Positions 22,396-36,813 of a stretch of DNA of 64,000 nucleotides are shown here, one piece after another (the stretch's first letter is position 1; each line of letters begins with the position of its first letter). The translations under genes and the position numbers were made by a program. A model generated the notes under the pieces. That model was not told the origin of the DNA and did not search any database. It worked only from the letters and a program-made list of their open reading frames with translations. Origin of the DNA: Raja brachyura (Eukaryota); contig OY740806.1 of the NCBI GenBank assembly GCA_963514005.1, forward strand, positions 28,458,001-28,522,000. Direction: 5' to 3'.

Positions 22396-23680
22396 CAGTT
22401 TAGCGTGTACCGAGGTACAGTGAAATGTATTTGTTGCGTGCTATCCAGTCAGCAGAAAGACAATACATGATTGCAATCACGCCATTTACAGTGTATAGAT
22501 TCATGATAAGGGAATAACGTTTAGTACAAGATAAAGTCAGTAAAGTCCGATGAAGGATAGTCCAAGGGTCACCAAAGAGGTAGATAGTAGTTTACCACTG
22601 CTCTCTGGTTGTGGCAGGATGATTCAGTTGTCTGCTAAAAGCTGGGGGAAAACTGTCCCTGAATCTGGAGCTGTGCGTTTTCACATTTCTGTACCTTTTG
22701 CCTGATGGGAAAGGGGAGAAGAGGGAGTGGCCAGGGTGCGACTCATCCTTGATTATGCTGCTGGCTTTGCTGAGGCAGTATGAAATATAAATGGAGCCAA
22801 TGGAAGGGATGTTGGCTTGCGTGATGGTCTGGGCTACGTGTACAATTCGCTGCAATTTCTTGCGGTTTTGGATGGAGCTGTCCCCAAACCAATCTGTGAT
22901 GTATTCTGATGAAATGCTTTCTATGGTGCATCAGTAGAAGTTGGTGAAAGTTGTCGGGGACATGCCGAACTTCCTAAACCTTCTGACGAAGTAGAGGCGT
23001 TGGTGTGCTTTCTTGGTCGTTGTATCAATATGGGTGGTCCAGGAGTTATTGTTGGCGATATTGACTCTTAGGAATTTGAAGTTTTCAACCATCTGTACTT
23101 CAGCGCCATCAATGGAAACTGGGATATGTGTACCGCTGGTGGATATGTGAAGTTGTGAGTGTACAAGATGTAAAGAAGGGTGCTGAGAACGCAGCCTTGT
23201 GGAGCACCAGTGTTGAAGATTATCGTGGAGGATGATTTGTTCTCTATCCTCACTGATTGGGGTCTGTTAGTCAGGAAGTCGAGGATCCAGTTGCAGAGAT
23301 GACTGCTGACACCAAGTTCCGCGAGTTTGGTGATAAGCTTGGATGGTATAATGGTATTAAAGGCAGAGCTGTAGTCCATGAATAGGAGTCTGACGTAGGT
23401 GTCTGTCTTATCCAGGTGTTCTAGGGATTATTGTAGGGCTAGGGCAATGGCATCATCCGTGAACCTGTTGTGGCAGTAGACGAACTGCAGTGGGTCAAAT
23501 GCAGTGAGTAGACTGAATTTAATGCATTCCATAACTAGCCTCTCAAAACAATTCATGATGGTGGATGTCAAGGCCACAAGACGGTGGTCGTTTAGGCATG
23601 AGGTCTTGCTTTACTTTGGCACTGGGATGATGGTGGTCTTTTTGAAGCAGGTGGGTGCCTCAGAATGGAGTAGGAGAGAG
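22396..23680 (-). mobile_element. Decayed Rex1/Babar LINE (RT plus 3' end, internal deletion)
   Basis: [43 protein letters not shown] and IIKDESHPGHSLF. The FADD region is deleted near 23140. Confidence 0.9.
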
Positions 23681-24479
23681 ATTAAAGATGAACGGAGTAG
23701 GGAGAAATTAAAGAGATTAAACATACATGTTGCTTTGGACAGAAAACAAATTAATGACTTTTAACTTTTTAAGGGTGTCGGTACATTATACAATCTCCAT
23801 CTCGTAACCCAGGTGCTGACACGGTCATGCAAGGTGGAAATGAGCCGGCATTCTGGGCAGAAACAGGCTGATGTTGTGAAATCACATACCATCACAACAA
23901 AATGCACTGGTGCTATATAAGTACAAGTCTTTTGTCCTGCATTTCATTAGCCGTAGTGAATCATATTTTGTACCTCCGCAGCCTCACCGTGAGCCTCGGT
24001 GTTCGCTTGTTGCTCAGTAAAATGATCAGCAGTTCAGCTTCATTCCCCTCAAGAAAATATTTGACTGATGACCTCCAGCTTTCATAAAGTCGTGAGATTT
24101 GTGCACTGAGGTGTATCATTATCCTCTTCTGTGGAGTAAGCGATTATTTATGGGCAATTATCTTGGCTGACTACACTGTCTTTCACATTAGAAAGTAATC
24201 TTGGAGTGTGGGAGCAGCAATAAACTCCTCGAGTGACAATGGAAATGCATTAATTCCTTAGTCTTGCAGTTATTATATCACACAAGTCAACCTTGGCACT
24301 GGCTCGATCATGCATATCTCCGATGCACTGCATATAAACAGTCAGATTTTCCTCTTCATGGGTTGAGAGTAGGAGCAAGCAGTCCTGCAGCAGCTTGTGG
24401 TGAAGTTAAATAAAATCACGAATGGCCAGTCCTACCTTTCTTCTTGCATGCGGCAGGACCATAACACGTAAATTCTGTT

Positions 24480-24680
24480 GAAGCCAAAGAATTCTGTCGG
24501 GCACCCATTCATACTAATACAATGTTATTCTATTTTCTCATCCACTCCCTACACACTCGGGGCAATTTACAGAGGCCAACTAGCCTATAAACCCACACGT
24601 CGTTGGGATGAAACCGACCTGCTTCTAGATCAAGAACGAAGCCGGGTCTCTGGCACTGTGAAGCAGCAGCTCTATCAGCA
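24480..24680 (-). mobile_element. Decayed HE1/V-SINE
   Basis: Reverse-complement head (ccgggtctctggcactgtgaagcagcagctct) and body. Confidence 0.6.
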
Positions 24681-26789
24681 TGTCTGATTCAGCCCATATC
24701 TGATCCAGGGTAATGCAATCACAGGCATATGAAGATCTGAATTGACACGTGCATTAAAAGTGGCCACATACCCCATTCAGAGGAGTGGCCAAACCAAGCT
24801 GTGATGTATCTCAATACAATGCTTTAAATGGTATACCTGTACAAATTGGTAAGTGTATTTTTCTGACAGGACTCATGCAGTGTATTAAAGCAAAGCATCA
24901 GCAAATACTTTCCATCAACAGATGCTGCCTGACCTGCTGTTCCTCCAGCAGATTGTTTGTTGCTCCAGATTCCAGCACCTACAATCTTTGCATCTCCACA
25001 GATGGTACTCTAATGGATTGGTGCATCTTGCGGCGCACACAGAATTTCAGGCGAATAGGTTACAGGGAAAATTAGCGGGATAGTATTACTTAGAGAGCAC
25101 GCATAGACTCCATGTCAAATGGCCTTTTTCTGTGCTGCAAGGAGATAGGAGAAATCAATGAGGATTAAGGATTGAGAATCTGAAAGTAAAAACCATATTT
25201 GGAAACACTCTCCACAGAAGCTGCCTGGCCTGTTGAGTATTACCTCACTGCTTTTATGGGATTTCTAGTTCTATGTGCAAATTCAGACATTTGAAATGTA
25301 TCATTAAAGAGGAATTTGGCCTGACCTCAACCTTTGAATGCAGAACAAAGCTATTCTGCGTTTGGGTCAATTGTTATTTGCTCTGGGTGTTGAGATGACA
25401 TTTTGACTGACCTTTGGATTGGCTCCATCATATTTCTCACAAAAGTCATAACGGATTTATAATACAAAAATAGTTTGATAGTTGATCAAAAGTCAACTTA
25501 TTTTTTCTATAATGAGAAAGACAGATATTTGCAGTTGATTTACTTATTTAAATCAGATCTAATTGCAATAGATATGATCATCTTGGTGTGAAAGTTATCT
25601 TTTATTATACACAGGATTGCACAGGCAAAGTGAGGATGATATGGACATATAGCATTGAATCAGCCATCTAGCCCATTGAGCCCCGGCCGACATTTATACT
25701 CCACTGTTGCTTTTTCTCCATTATAATAGAGCTGCTGCCACACAGCGCGAGATTACATGGAACTGGTGTGAATTGGTGATCGATGGTCGGCTTGGACTCA
25801 GTGGGCTGAAGGGCCGGTTTCCATGCTGTATCTTTCAATCAGTCAGTATCAGTGTAACCCTCCGTTCCCTACTCCGTTTATTTTGCCTTCCCTTAAGTAC
25901 GTCTGTGCTCTTCCTATGACCACTCAGGTGAAACTTCAGCAGGAAAATAACATTAAGTTATTCTGGACATGTGTGTGTCTGTTTGATCCTACAGATTTTG
26001 GCTTTCAAGTTCCTACACAAGACTTATTCCATCAACAAAAATGAATACTGCTTGGCTTGATGGGCACTACAGCTGTGAGTGCTTTACTTTTGAGGAGATT
26101 CACTGGTTTCTACTGTGCAAGAAGGAGGCTGTTAATATTGCTGTAAGTTTTGAGTCCAGCTGCCCTGATTATTTTGCATATCTTCATGTGATGTGGGGGA
26201 TTGTTGGCAAGGTCGGCATGTAATAATTAACTCTAATTATCGTTGACGAGCTGGTGCTCATAACTGAGCGCTCTGGAGGCCATGTTAAAGGGTAGGTAAA
26301 AGCCTTAGCGATTGTGGGTCACATTTAAGCCAGACCAGGGCAGCGAGTTCAAATGTCCTTCCCCAAAGGGCATTAATGTACCAGATGGACCTTTAACCAT
26401 ACCCCAGTAGTTTCATGAGCAGTATAAACTTAATTATTAAAAAAAAATTCTAATTGAAATTAAATTCTCCAGCTGCTGTGATGGGATTTGAACTTTTACT
26501 TTCCAGAACATTACTCCAGGCTTCTAGAATATGAATCAAGCATCTTAATCAGCTCTGCCTTCAACACTATAATTCCAACCAAACATTTCTCCAGATTTTT
26601 GGACCTAAGACTCAACAACCTCCTCTGCAGCTAGATCCTTGAATTCCTTCCTCACCCATGCACCACAATCTGTAAGGATATGTAACAAAACATTCTCTGC
26701 AATAACTCTGACCACTTGTCCCCTGCAAGACTGGGTTCTCAGCTCCTGACTGTACTCACTGTACACTCAGGACAGCTGGCCAAAATTCT

Positions 26790-27115
26790 GCGTTAACTCC
26801 ATTCGTAGGTTTACGAACGACACCATTATATTAGGCTGGATCTCAAACATTTACTGGACAGAGTACAGGAAGGAGATGAGAATATAGTAACATGGTGTCA
26901 AGTCAACAACTACTCTCTCAACGTCAGCAAGAAAATCTGACCATCTACTTCAAAAAGCAATGTGAAGTACGTACTCCAGACTGTATCAACCATGCTGAAG
27001 TGGAGATGACTGAGAACTTCATGCCTAGCTGTATCACCAACAATATGTGTCGCTCCAGTCACTGAAACCCCAGCCAAGAAAGTACACCAATGGCTCTACT
27101 TGCCCAGAAGACTGG
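26790..27115 (+). mobile_element. Decayed Rex1 RT fragment
   Basis: NSIRRFTNDTIILGWIS...EYRKE...TWCQVNNYSLNVSK. Confidence 0.6.
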
Positions 27116-27254
27116 TTATTGCTCCATAGTACAGCCCATGATTTGCTATTTATCTGTTCCCTCAAGAAATTCCTATTGGTGCAATCACTTTAACAGGAAC
27201 AAATGTATATTAGATAAATTGAAATAAAAGTAAATCTGCAGCTTCTGGCAATCT

Positions 27255-27812
27255 TACCCATATCCCTCCAAACCTCTCCTGCCCATGTACCTGCCCAAGT
27301 GTCTTTTGAATGTCGTGATTCTATCACCATCCTCTGAGTGGAAAAGTTGCCACTCAAATCCCTTTCATATCTTTCCCCTTATCACTTTAAATAGGCCTCT
27401 GGTATATCCTCCACAATGAGGAAAGCCCAGATATTCAACTTATTAATGCCCCTCATAATTTTATAAATATCAATAATGTCACCCCTCAGCTCCATAGCCT
27501 CCAGAGAAAATAATTCCTAGTCTACCCAGCCACTTCTTACAACACAAATCTTCCAGACCCAGTAACACCCTCATAAATCTCGTCTATACTATTTCCTGAC
27601 ATCCCTTCCTACAGCAGGGCGACCAGGAATATTCACAGCTCTCCTTACCAACGTCTTGTACAGCTGTAACATGGCATCCCAACTCCTGCACTCAATACAC
27701 CAATGAAGGCAATAATGCTGAATGCCTTTTTCACCGCCTTATCAACTGTGTCTCTATTTCATGGAACAATGTACCTGCGCGCCAAGGTTCCTCTGTTCTG
27801 CAGCACTCCCCA
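27255..27812 (-). mobile_element. Decayed CR1 3' fragment
   Basis: Reverse-complement similarity to the CR1 ORF2 C-terminus at 4140-4759. Confidence 0.7.
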
Positions 27813-30414
27813 GTGAGAGAGGGCTTCATAGCAATAGTACTAAAATGTTAGTATATCCATCAAACAAATTTAATTTATATGCCAAATTCCTTTGAGACCA
27901 TCCCAAAGCATTTTATAGCTTATAATCACTAAGTAAATGAAAATGAAAGTGTAATCACTGCTATAATGGAGTGAACACAGCAGCCAGCTTGTGCCACAGC
28001 AACTATTTAAAGAAAAGCATGGTAATTCCTTCCACTGTTCTGGGAAATGTTGGCCAACCAATAATATTTTTAAAATCTGGTCATTACCCTGCTTTTGCTT
28101 GGAATGTAGTGCACACATTAAGTACTGTATTCTTCATACAAGTTAACAGCTGCAGTTCAATCGCACTGTATTGGGGTAAAACAATTGAGACACGGGGGAA
28201 TGTACAAATACAAGTTGCTATTAACTTCACATCTTTAATTATTCCAAGTCATTAAAAGTGGAAATAAACATAAACTAGGATATGTTTCAAATAGCACTGA
28301 ATGAAAACAAATTGCAAAGCATTTGCACCATAATTATTTATGCACTTCACAATAATCTATTTTTACATTTAAAAGTACTATAATAGATGGCTATTACAGT
28401 ATTATTAGGACTGCTGCATTTCATGTGGGAGTAGATTATATGAATGTATGGAGTTAAAATTGGTTCTAATGCAAATATATAACATCCAACAGGATCAGTT
28501 ATTGTGATTTGTTTAAACATTTATTACTTATATCTAATTTGGAAATGTTATTTACATAATGGAATGGAAGTTGTCCATTAAATAGCGGAGACAAAATCTT
28601 GATAAAGAACTATCTTTTAGATAGGTGCATGCATATGCTGGGAATGGAGGGATATAGATCACGTGCAGCTAGAGTAGATTAGTTTAACATGTTTTCATGC
28701 CCAGTTTGTGGGCCATAGGGCCTTTTCCTGTGCCGTACTGTTCTATGTTCACTACAAATGCTCATGTTTGTTTCATGAATTGGACAAATGCAATGATTTC
28801 CTCCTGGATCTTGTCAAATATTGCATTTCCTTCCCCTGGCTACACACTCACAATGTGTAAAAATAATGCACCATTGTTGTTGATTATCCATTGCAAGCTG
28901 GAACTTGGCTCAAGGGATATTTCCATCAGTGGTTCCCCCACAATATCCTGGTTAACAGATACATGCATCTGCATCTTGTACCTATGCAATAATAAACTCT
29001 TCCCTTGTTAACCAGCCCAGAGTGCAACAATTCCTTCATAAACCTCCATTCATATTTCTTAACATCATTCTTTACAAGAACAAACATTGGTAACCTGAAC
29101 TTACATATTTCACAGCTCATTAAAGTGCAATATCAGTTACAATTTCCATAGTTGATCTACACTTTTATCCAATACCTGAGATTAACCGTCAATTACATAG
29201 TGAAAGCTAAGGGCATCAATTCAGTGTGCAATGGCATTTCCTCTGCAATAAGTCAGCATGGGCAAGTTGGGCTGAAGGACCGGTTTCCATGCTGTATGAT
29301 TCTATGACTATTGATTCTAATGACTGTTTGTTTACCCATACTGTATTTCAGTTTGTGGACGATTGGCATTTATTGGCCATCCTTAAGTGACTTAAACCAC
29401 TGTCGTCTTTCTTACAGTTTCCTTATTCTTTTAATGCAATTCAGTTACAATACTACTGAATAGCTTTCAGAGCCATTTCTGAAGACTAGCTTGAAAGCAT
29501 CAAGATTCAAGAAAGTTTAATGTACTGGAAAAAGAACAATATAATTATTACTGGCTGCAGATTAATAGGCCCATAAACATAATAACACACAAATAAATAT
29601 ACAACCATAAAAAACACAATAAATTTAAAGGAGGAAAACTCGGTAACCAGATCACAATCGTGCAAAACCGAAATCTTCAGTGCAATCAAAACACAGTCGA
29701 TATAAGATCATAACTGCTGAGATAGGGTTGAAGTTAGTGTTGTGCAGTTGTGCAGCCTGATGGTTACTGGGAAGAAGATGGCTCTTGAACCTGGAGGCCA
29801 CGTTTCTCAGGCTCCTGACAGCAATGCAATTAGACAACCAAGATGTTTCTATTTGCTAATGAATGCTCAGAATTTCATCTCATTCCTTTCATATGTTTTC
29901 AATGCCCTATCCTTTAAAAACACCCCATAAGATTGTTGAAATTCTGATTTCCTTTTTCCTATGGAAGTCTAAATCAATGTAAGTCATCAATAAGTGACTG
30001 GGGGTTTGTGTGGGGGGGGGGGGGGGGTTCTGAGAATGTATTTCCCCTCATAGGAATATAATGAACTAGGTGAGGGGGGAGGGGCATTGGTTCCAGACAA
30101 GGAGTTGTCCTTTAAAAAAGGCAATGAAGAAATTTGAGATTTTTTAATTAGTTTCTAATTTCATTGAAATTATGCAATGCTGAGTTATTTGAGGGAGAAG
30201 GGATCAAAGGTTATGGGGAACAGGCAGGAGAGCGGAACTGGTGACAACATCAGATCAGCCATGATCTTATTGAATGATGGGGCAGGCTTCGACACCATGC
30301 GGTCTATCCCGATCTTATTTCTTATGATAATTCCTGATGGGATTCCTCCATGGTTTAGTTTGTAGATCCTTCAATGTAGGATTTGGTTCATGTGTCAGAA
30401 ACCCACATGACCCC

Positions 30415-30700
30415 CAGGCAAAAGAAATGTTAAAAAAAAAACCAAAAGTGCTGGAGTTATACAGCAGGCAAGTAAATCGGCAAGTCTCCAATGCTAGAGC
30501 CCTGCGGTCTGGAGTTATGGGCAACATTCCTCAATTGTCTCCAGGCGTTATTGCCTGGAGACAATTTGGGTCAGGACATTTAATCTGAAGAAAGGACCCA
30601 ACATGAAACTTCACCTATCTATGTTCTCCTGCCTTACATGCTCAGTTCCTCCAGCACTGTCTTGTTTTTATGTAAACCAGCAACTGCAGTTCCTTATTTT
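30415..30700. mobile_element. Penelope terminal-repeat inverted pair with a foreign insert in the left arm
   Basis: aaagtgctggagtta...tttgggtcaggac left arm; right arm ctgaagaaaggacccaacatgaaacttcacc...ccagcaactgcagttcctt. Confidence 0.7.
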
Positions 30701-31129
30701 TGCCAAAAGATAAATATCAATTATATATTTATAGATTAAAGCAAAATCACTGGCTTTTGATCTGCGGATATTTAGGATGAATGTAAAGTAGCTGCCATCC
30801 ATTTAGTTTATTGTAATTTGATTATAAATCACACTCAGAGCGCAGTATTGCGATCCCAGTATAGGTTTAACACAGATGTTTGCGCTTTGTGAATTGCTGT
30901 GAAGTGTCTTCTGCTAAATAGGTTACTGACTTGCAGTAAATGAGTATATTTGATTCCACAGGCTCTCTGGGACTCTGAGAAAATGAATGACTTAGATAAG
31001 TAGGATTTCCTATTTGTAGTGAAATGGAAACCTTAGTTGTATAAACTCTCTAGTCCTAAAGGACCTCATTACTTTATATCTATAGGCCACATGCAGAAGT
31101 GGAAATACTGCTCCCTTGGGTTGAAAATC

Positions 31130-31980
31130 AGAAAACTGAGGAAGTTCAGCATGTCTCCAATGTCTCTTACCAATGTATAACATGCACCATAGAAAGCATC
31201 CTGTTGGAATGCATCATAGCTTGTTTGACAACTGCTCTGCCCAAAACCACGCAGAAAATTGTGGACATAGCCCAGTCCATCACACAGTCCAGACTCCCAC
31301 CCACCCCCATCCCTACCCCCTGCCCCACTGACTCCGTCTACACTCCACGCAGCCGACAAATTGATTGATTGAAAGATACATCATGGAAACAGGCCCGAGG
31401 CCCAACAAGTCCACGCCGACCATCAACCACTCGTTCTATGTTCGCCCTCTTTCGCACCCAGTTCCTACACGCTCTGAGCCATTTTACTCAAGTCCAATTA
31501 ACCTACAAACCTGCACGTCTTAGGGATGTGGGAGGAAACCCATGTGGTCACAGGGAGAACATGCAAACTCCACACAGACAGCACCTGAGGTCAGTATCCT
31601 CTATTGAAGGACCCTTTTCACCCCAATCATTTGCTTTATTCCATTATCCCATCGGGCAGAAGATACAAAAGCTTGAAAACATGTAACCATCAGATTACTG
31701 AACAGTTCTCTCATAAGCTAAAGCTAGTATCATGATCTTCTGAATTACCTCACTGCAGCCCTTGCACTATTTTTTTTCATCTGCACTTTCTAACTGTACC
31801 ATTATAATGTTGTAACACTATATCCTACAATCTGGTATTGTTCTCTTTGCACTACCTGTTTTACTTGTATATATTATATTCACGTATTAATTATATTCAC
31901 GTATTGTATGATTTGACTGGATAGTACGCAAACAAAGGCTTTTCACTGTATTGTGGTACATGTGAAATAATAAAGCAATA
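31130..31980 (+). mobile_element. Decayed Rex1 3' end with nested minus-strand HE1 SINE (31366-31593)
   Basis: TCTIESILLECIIAC...IVDIAQSITQ coding, then the SINE in reverse, then a Rex 3'UTR ending gtacatgtgaaataataaa. Confidence 0.7.
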
Positions 31981-34604
31981 CCAATACAAATGCTACCGAA
32001 GCTACCACGGTAACAGTGTCAGTGAGGTTCACTGTGGTACTGCAGCAGCTGACAGTACAATGAATGATCTCCCCACTCTGTGAGAAACCTTGTCGCCAGG
32101 CAGTCATGGACATGATCTCCAGCTTTGTTCACTGGTTTGCTGATTGCCTGCTCAGTGTACTCGACATTTCTCCATAGCTGTGGATCCATAGACTCTTCTG
32201 GGAGCTGACAACTGTGGGCATCAGACCCCCTATCCCATCACCTGGATGCAGGGAACTCACCAGCTGAGGACTCTTCCTCTCGGGGTCAGACCAAGTGACG
32301 TTACATTTCGCTGACTGGCAAAGAGTTCTTTACTTCATCTGCATGAAACAGAAAGAGATGAAGGTCTCATCTTTGGTACTGAGGGAGAGCAGAAACAGAA
32401 GTGGATAAGGCGTGCAACTGCAAATCCGCATGCGGAGTGTGTTGGTGAAATCAAAGAAAAGGAAGTGTGGGGCACAGAGTAGAACATCTCCTCTGGCAAC
32501 ACCAGTGTTCAATCTATAGTGCTCCTATCAGGAGATTGTCTCTGTGTGATGGAAGACATGTAAATCGGCAAGTCTCCAATGCTGGAGCCCTGAGGTCTGG
32601 AGTTATGGGCAACATTCCTCAATATATAATGTGTTGCGTAAGATGGTTGAAAATGTTTGAAAAATTAGCTTATTCTAGTCAGTTAACTGATATGCAGTGA
32701 GTCAGTGTGTAGTGCAGGGATGTGATATCTGTATTAACATTAAGCGAGAAAAAATATTTATTAAAACAATGAAGGTAAGATTCAAGAACCTTTGCAGAAC
32801 AGCACTGTACAGGACATGAACTGGCCCTTTCATCATAATATCCTGGCTGAACAAGATGCCAAGTTACAGCTATCTCCGCAGCCTGCACATGATCCACAGC
32901 CCTCCATTTCCTCCATATCCATGTGCTATCTACAAGCCTCTTAAATGCCACTATCGTATCGGCATCCACACCAACCCTGGCAGCACATTCCAGGCAACCA
33001 GAACTGCACATCAGTCGATGGGAAGAAGACCACTGTAAGGTGTGAGAGGCACAGTATTAACCCATCCTGATTGAATTTCTCTCCAATTGCAGCAAAGGTC
33101 AGTTCAGATAGCCTCTTGGCTTTGACTTTTCTCTGCGATCTTTTTACATTATAATCTAAGAGGAAAAGTCTACAGATACTGGAATTCTGAAGTATAAAGG
33201 AATAATGCTACAATTGCCCAGCAGATCAGGAGGTACATTTTCTATACTGTCAGAGGAAGTAACGCCTAGATGGATGAGATACAGAGGATATGACTGGTGA
33301 AAATATCTAATTCACTTAAGAGTCCTGGAGTCAAACAGCACGGAAATAGGTACTTTGGTCCAACTCGATCTTGCTGATCAAGTTTCCCCATTTGAGCGAG
33401 CCTCATTTGCCCATGTTTTCCCTTATCCCTCCAAAACTCTCCTATCCTTGCTCCTGTCTGTGTCTTTAAAATGCTGTAATCGTTACCTGCCTCCACTACT
33501 TCCTCTGATAGCTCGCTCATACACCCACCACCATCTGTATGAAAAAGTGGCCCCTCAGGTTCCTTTTAAATTTCAAAAATTTTCCGCTCTCATGTTAAAC
33601 CTGTGCCCTCTAATTCTTGATTCCCCAACCCTGAGAAGGCCACCTATTTATACAAATGTTTTACTGGATAGAGCAGGTGCATCGAAAACATCTGGATGAA
33701 TAAATGGCAAAAAAACAAGACGACTCACCTGGCTGTGAGGTGTGCAGAAGGGGAATCATTTTCTACAAATCCCACACAGTAAATTATTCCCTAGTGAATG
33801 GCTTTGGGCTAAATCAAGGCTTTGTTACAATCTACTGCTTGTCATGCCTTGAGTGAATTTCATTAAGTTAAGCAAGAGTGAGGCTCTGTGGTTATTCACG
33901 GCATTCTCATCCAATGACAATTTTTAACCCAGAGTCACACAGGATTGCAGCTTAATCCAGTTATTCAGACAGTCGAGACACATAATTTAAATGGAATGGT
34001 GCACTCGCAGTCCTTTACAAATAATCTGCCGTCTTTTAAAGCGTCTCCAGAGTGCTACTGAAATCACTACTCTTTGAGATTGCATTTGTTATCTTTATAT
34101 GGGAAGTGATGTGGGCCCAAGACAAAGAATATCTCTGTTCCTGGTGTAGAGGAGATATATTTGTTGTTTCAGTCCAGTGAAGCACATGTGTGCTTATGAA
34201 GGGAAGGGATTACCATGTCAAAGGACACTTTCCTTATTCCTTTGCTACATCTGTGACAAACCTGGAAAACCTGCAAGTAAGCTGCAATATTCTTCATTCA
34301 TTGGGAGGAGATAGGTGAAGAGGATGTCTGGACCTTCATCTTCACTAACTATGGGTTATTTAGGATGTGGCGCTCCACCAAACATTCTTTAGGCATTCTG
34401 CTCTCCTTCAAAGACAATGCAGCAGTTTTCTACACAGCCTGGTTTAGGGAAACATTGCAGAACTCGAGTACAGATGGGACTGAAGATATATGCATTTGGT
34501 TCTTCCAAAGACGGCATGTTTCAGTTCTATGTGAGAGAATCACAAAAAATTGTCAACATACTGCAACATGCACAGAGAAGCAGAGTTAGCATTCCATGTC
34601 ATAG

Positions 34605-35097
34605 AGTCATATAGCACAGATACAGGCTCTTTGGCCTAACTCGTTCATGCCGACCAAGATGTTCCATCTAAGATTGTCCCATTGTCCCATTGACCGCATG
34701 TGGCCCATATCCCACTAAATCTTTCCTATCCACCTAATCAAATGTCTTTTAAATGTTAATGTTATTGTACCTGCCTCAATTCTTCCATTGGCAGCGCATT
34801 CCATATTCCCACCACCCTCTGGGTGAAAAACATGCCCCTTGGGTCCTATTAAAACTTCTCCCCCTTACCTATGTCCTCTGGTTCTTGATTCCTTTACTCT
34901 GGGAAGAAAAACTGTGCATTCACCCCTCAAGAATTTATATACCTCTACAAGACCATCCCTCAGCCTCCTACGCTTCAAGGGACTAAGTCCTAGCCTGTCC
35001 AACCTGTCCCTATAACTCAGGCCCTCGAGTCCTGGGAACATCTTTGTAAATCTTCCCTGCACTCTTTCCAGCTTAATGGCGTCTTTCCTATAGCAAT
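34605..35097 (-). mobile_element. CR1 (HER1-like) 3' fragment
   Basis: QGRFTKMFPGLEGLSYRDRLDRLGL...RRRLRDGLVEVYK...SRTRGHR. Confidence 0.85.
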
Positions 35098-35158
35098 GTC
35101 CATGAAAGTCAGTGAAACGTCTGATGAAAGGTCAGCAACCAGAAATGTTAATTGCTCA

Positions 35159-35189
<31 letters not shown>

Positions 35190-35576
35190 TTGTGCACTTG
35201 GTGTTGCAGCTGGCAGTTGGTAGCTGACACACATCTACAGGAGAACCATGGTGTGATTGCTCAGAGGCTATACCGTCTACATCACAGAATTCCTACAGAA
35301 GATGAAGAATCGTCTTTTGGGATTGTAAAATATTTATTATGCTCTCTTTTGATCTTGCTAATTATTTCTTGTTGCGGTAGAATGCAGCATAAACAGCTAT
35401 TTAGAGTGCCTGATGTTGTTCAAAAAGCAGAGTGTGGCTGAAATTAATCAATGAAATTGATATTAACCATGTGGTAACGATGAAATTAATAGAGGATTAA
35501 TAATTAATTCAGTTTCCATTTATAAAAAGGTGCGTGGGCAGTGAAAGCACCATGGAAAAGATGTGTTTTCAATTTA

Positions 35577-35897
35577 GGGACACAGGGGTGCAGCTGGTAG
35601 TGCTGCTGCCGCACAGCGCCTGAGAACTGGGTTCGATCCCGACATTGCGGGATGTCTATGTGGAGTTTGCATGTTCTCCTTGTGACCGCTTTGGTTTCCT
35701 CTTGTATCCTCCCACTTCCCAAAGACATGCAGATTTGTAGGATAATTGGCCTCTGTAAACAAAATTGCCCCTAGTGTGTGTGTAGGGAGTAAGAACATGG
35801 GATAGTATAGAATTAGTGTGAACTGGTGATCGATGGTCAGCATGGATGCGGTGGACAAGGGGTTGTTTCCATGCTGGATCTCTAAAGTAAGCTAAAC
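35577..35897 (+). mobile_element. HE1/V-SINE
   Basis: B box gggttcgatccc, V-domain and CR1-like tail. Confidence 0.85.
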
Positions 35898-36202
35898 TAT
35901 TTCAGGACCAATCTAATGGAAAAAAAAGTACCTCAAAAACTACAAACATTTTTACCAAAAACATCACAAAACAAATATACCACCAACAGCTTTCTATGCT
36001 TCTCCAGATCCCATAAAAGTAATCCAGGCTACTATTACTCTAACACCTCAACTCTTTCCAGTTGCAACACCCTCTCCACGGCCACAACCCTCTCTCAGGT
36101 CTTCCCTTGCTTTCTGCCAGCTTGTCTTCGGGATCCCCTTAATCAGCCAAATCACAATCCAACAAGCTGCTCTGGAACATCTAGGTAACTCCAGCTGATT
36201 CT

Positions 36203-36476
36203 CTACAGTACCAGAGACCCGGGTTCGATCCCGACTACGGGTGCTGTGTGTACAGAGTTTGTACGTCTCCCCGAGACCTGCGTGGGTTTTCTTCGAGATC
36301 TTTGGTTTCCTCCCACACTCCAAAGACATACAGGTTTGTAGGTTAATTGGTTTGGTGTGTGTAAAAATCGTCCATAATGTGTGTGTAGGATAGTATTAAT
36401 GTGCGGTGATCGCTGGTCGGTGCAGACTCAGTGTGCCGAATGGCCTGTTTCCACACTGTATTTCTAACCACTAAAA
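36203..36476 (+). mobile_element. HE1/V-SINE, 5'-clipped
   Basis: ccagagacccgggttcgatcccgactacgggtgctg through ggcctgtttccacactgtatttctaa. Confidence 0.85.
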
Positions 36477-36813
36477 AAAAACAAAACCAAGAAAACCATG
36501 TGAACAAGGCCCTTACTGTATTAGAATAGAGGATGCATCACTCGCTTTTGAATGCAATATTAAACTAAGCCCATCACAGAATGGAGACACGTGACTGCAG
36601 ATGCTGGAATTTTGAGCAAAACTATTTTGGAGGAACTCAGTATGTCAGACAGCATCTACTTTCTCCCCCCTATTGCATCAGTCCTGACCCAAAACGTCAC
36701 CTATCCATTCCCTCACAGAACCTGCCTGACCCGCTGACTTCCTCCAGCACTTTGTTTTTTTGCCTGCCACAGAATACAAGATTGAGAGAAATTATATAAA
36801 GTATGAGCTCGGG

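Noticed and set aside
35160-35185. (TC)n microsatellite, and G/C homopolymers at 3528, 11764, 14909 and 30012
   Set aside because: Ordinary simple repeats, mostly inside transposon remnants.
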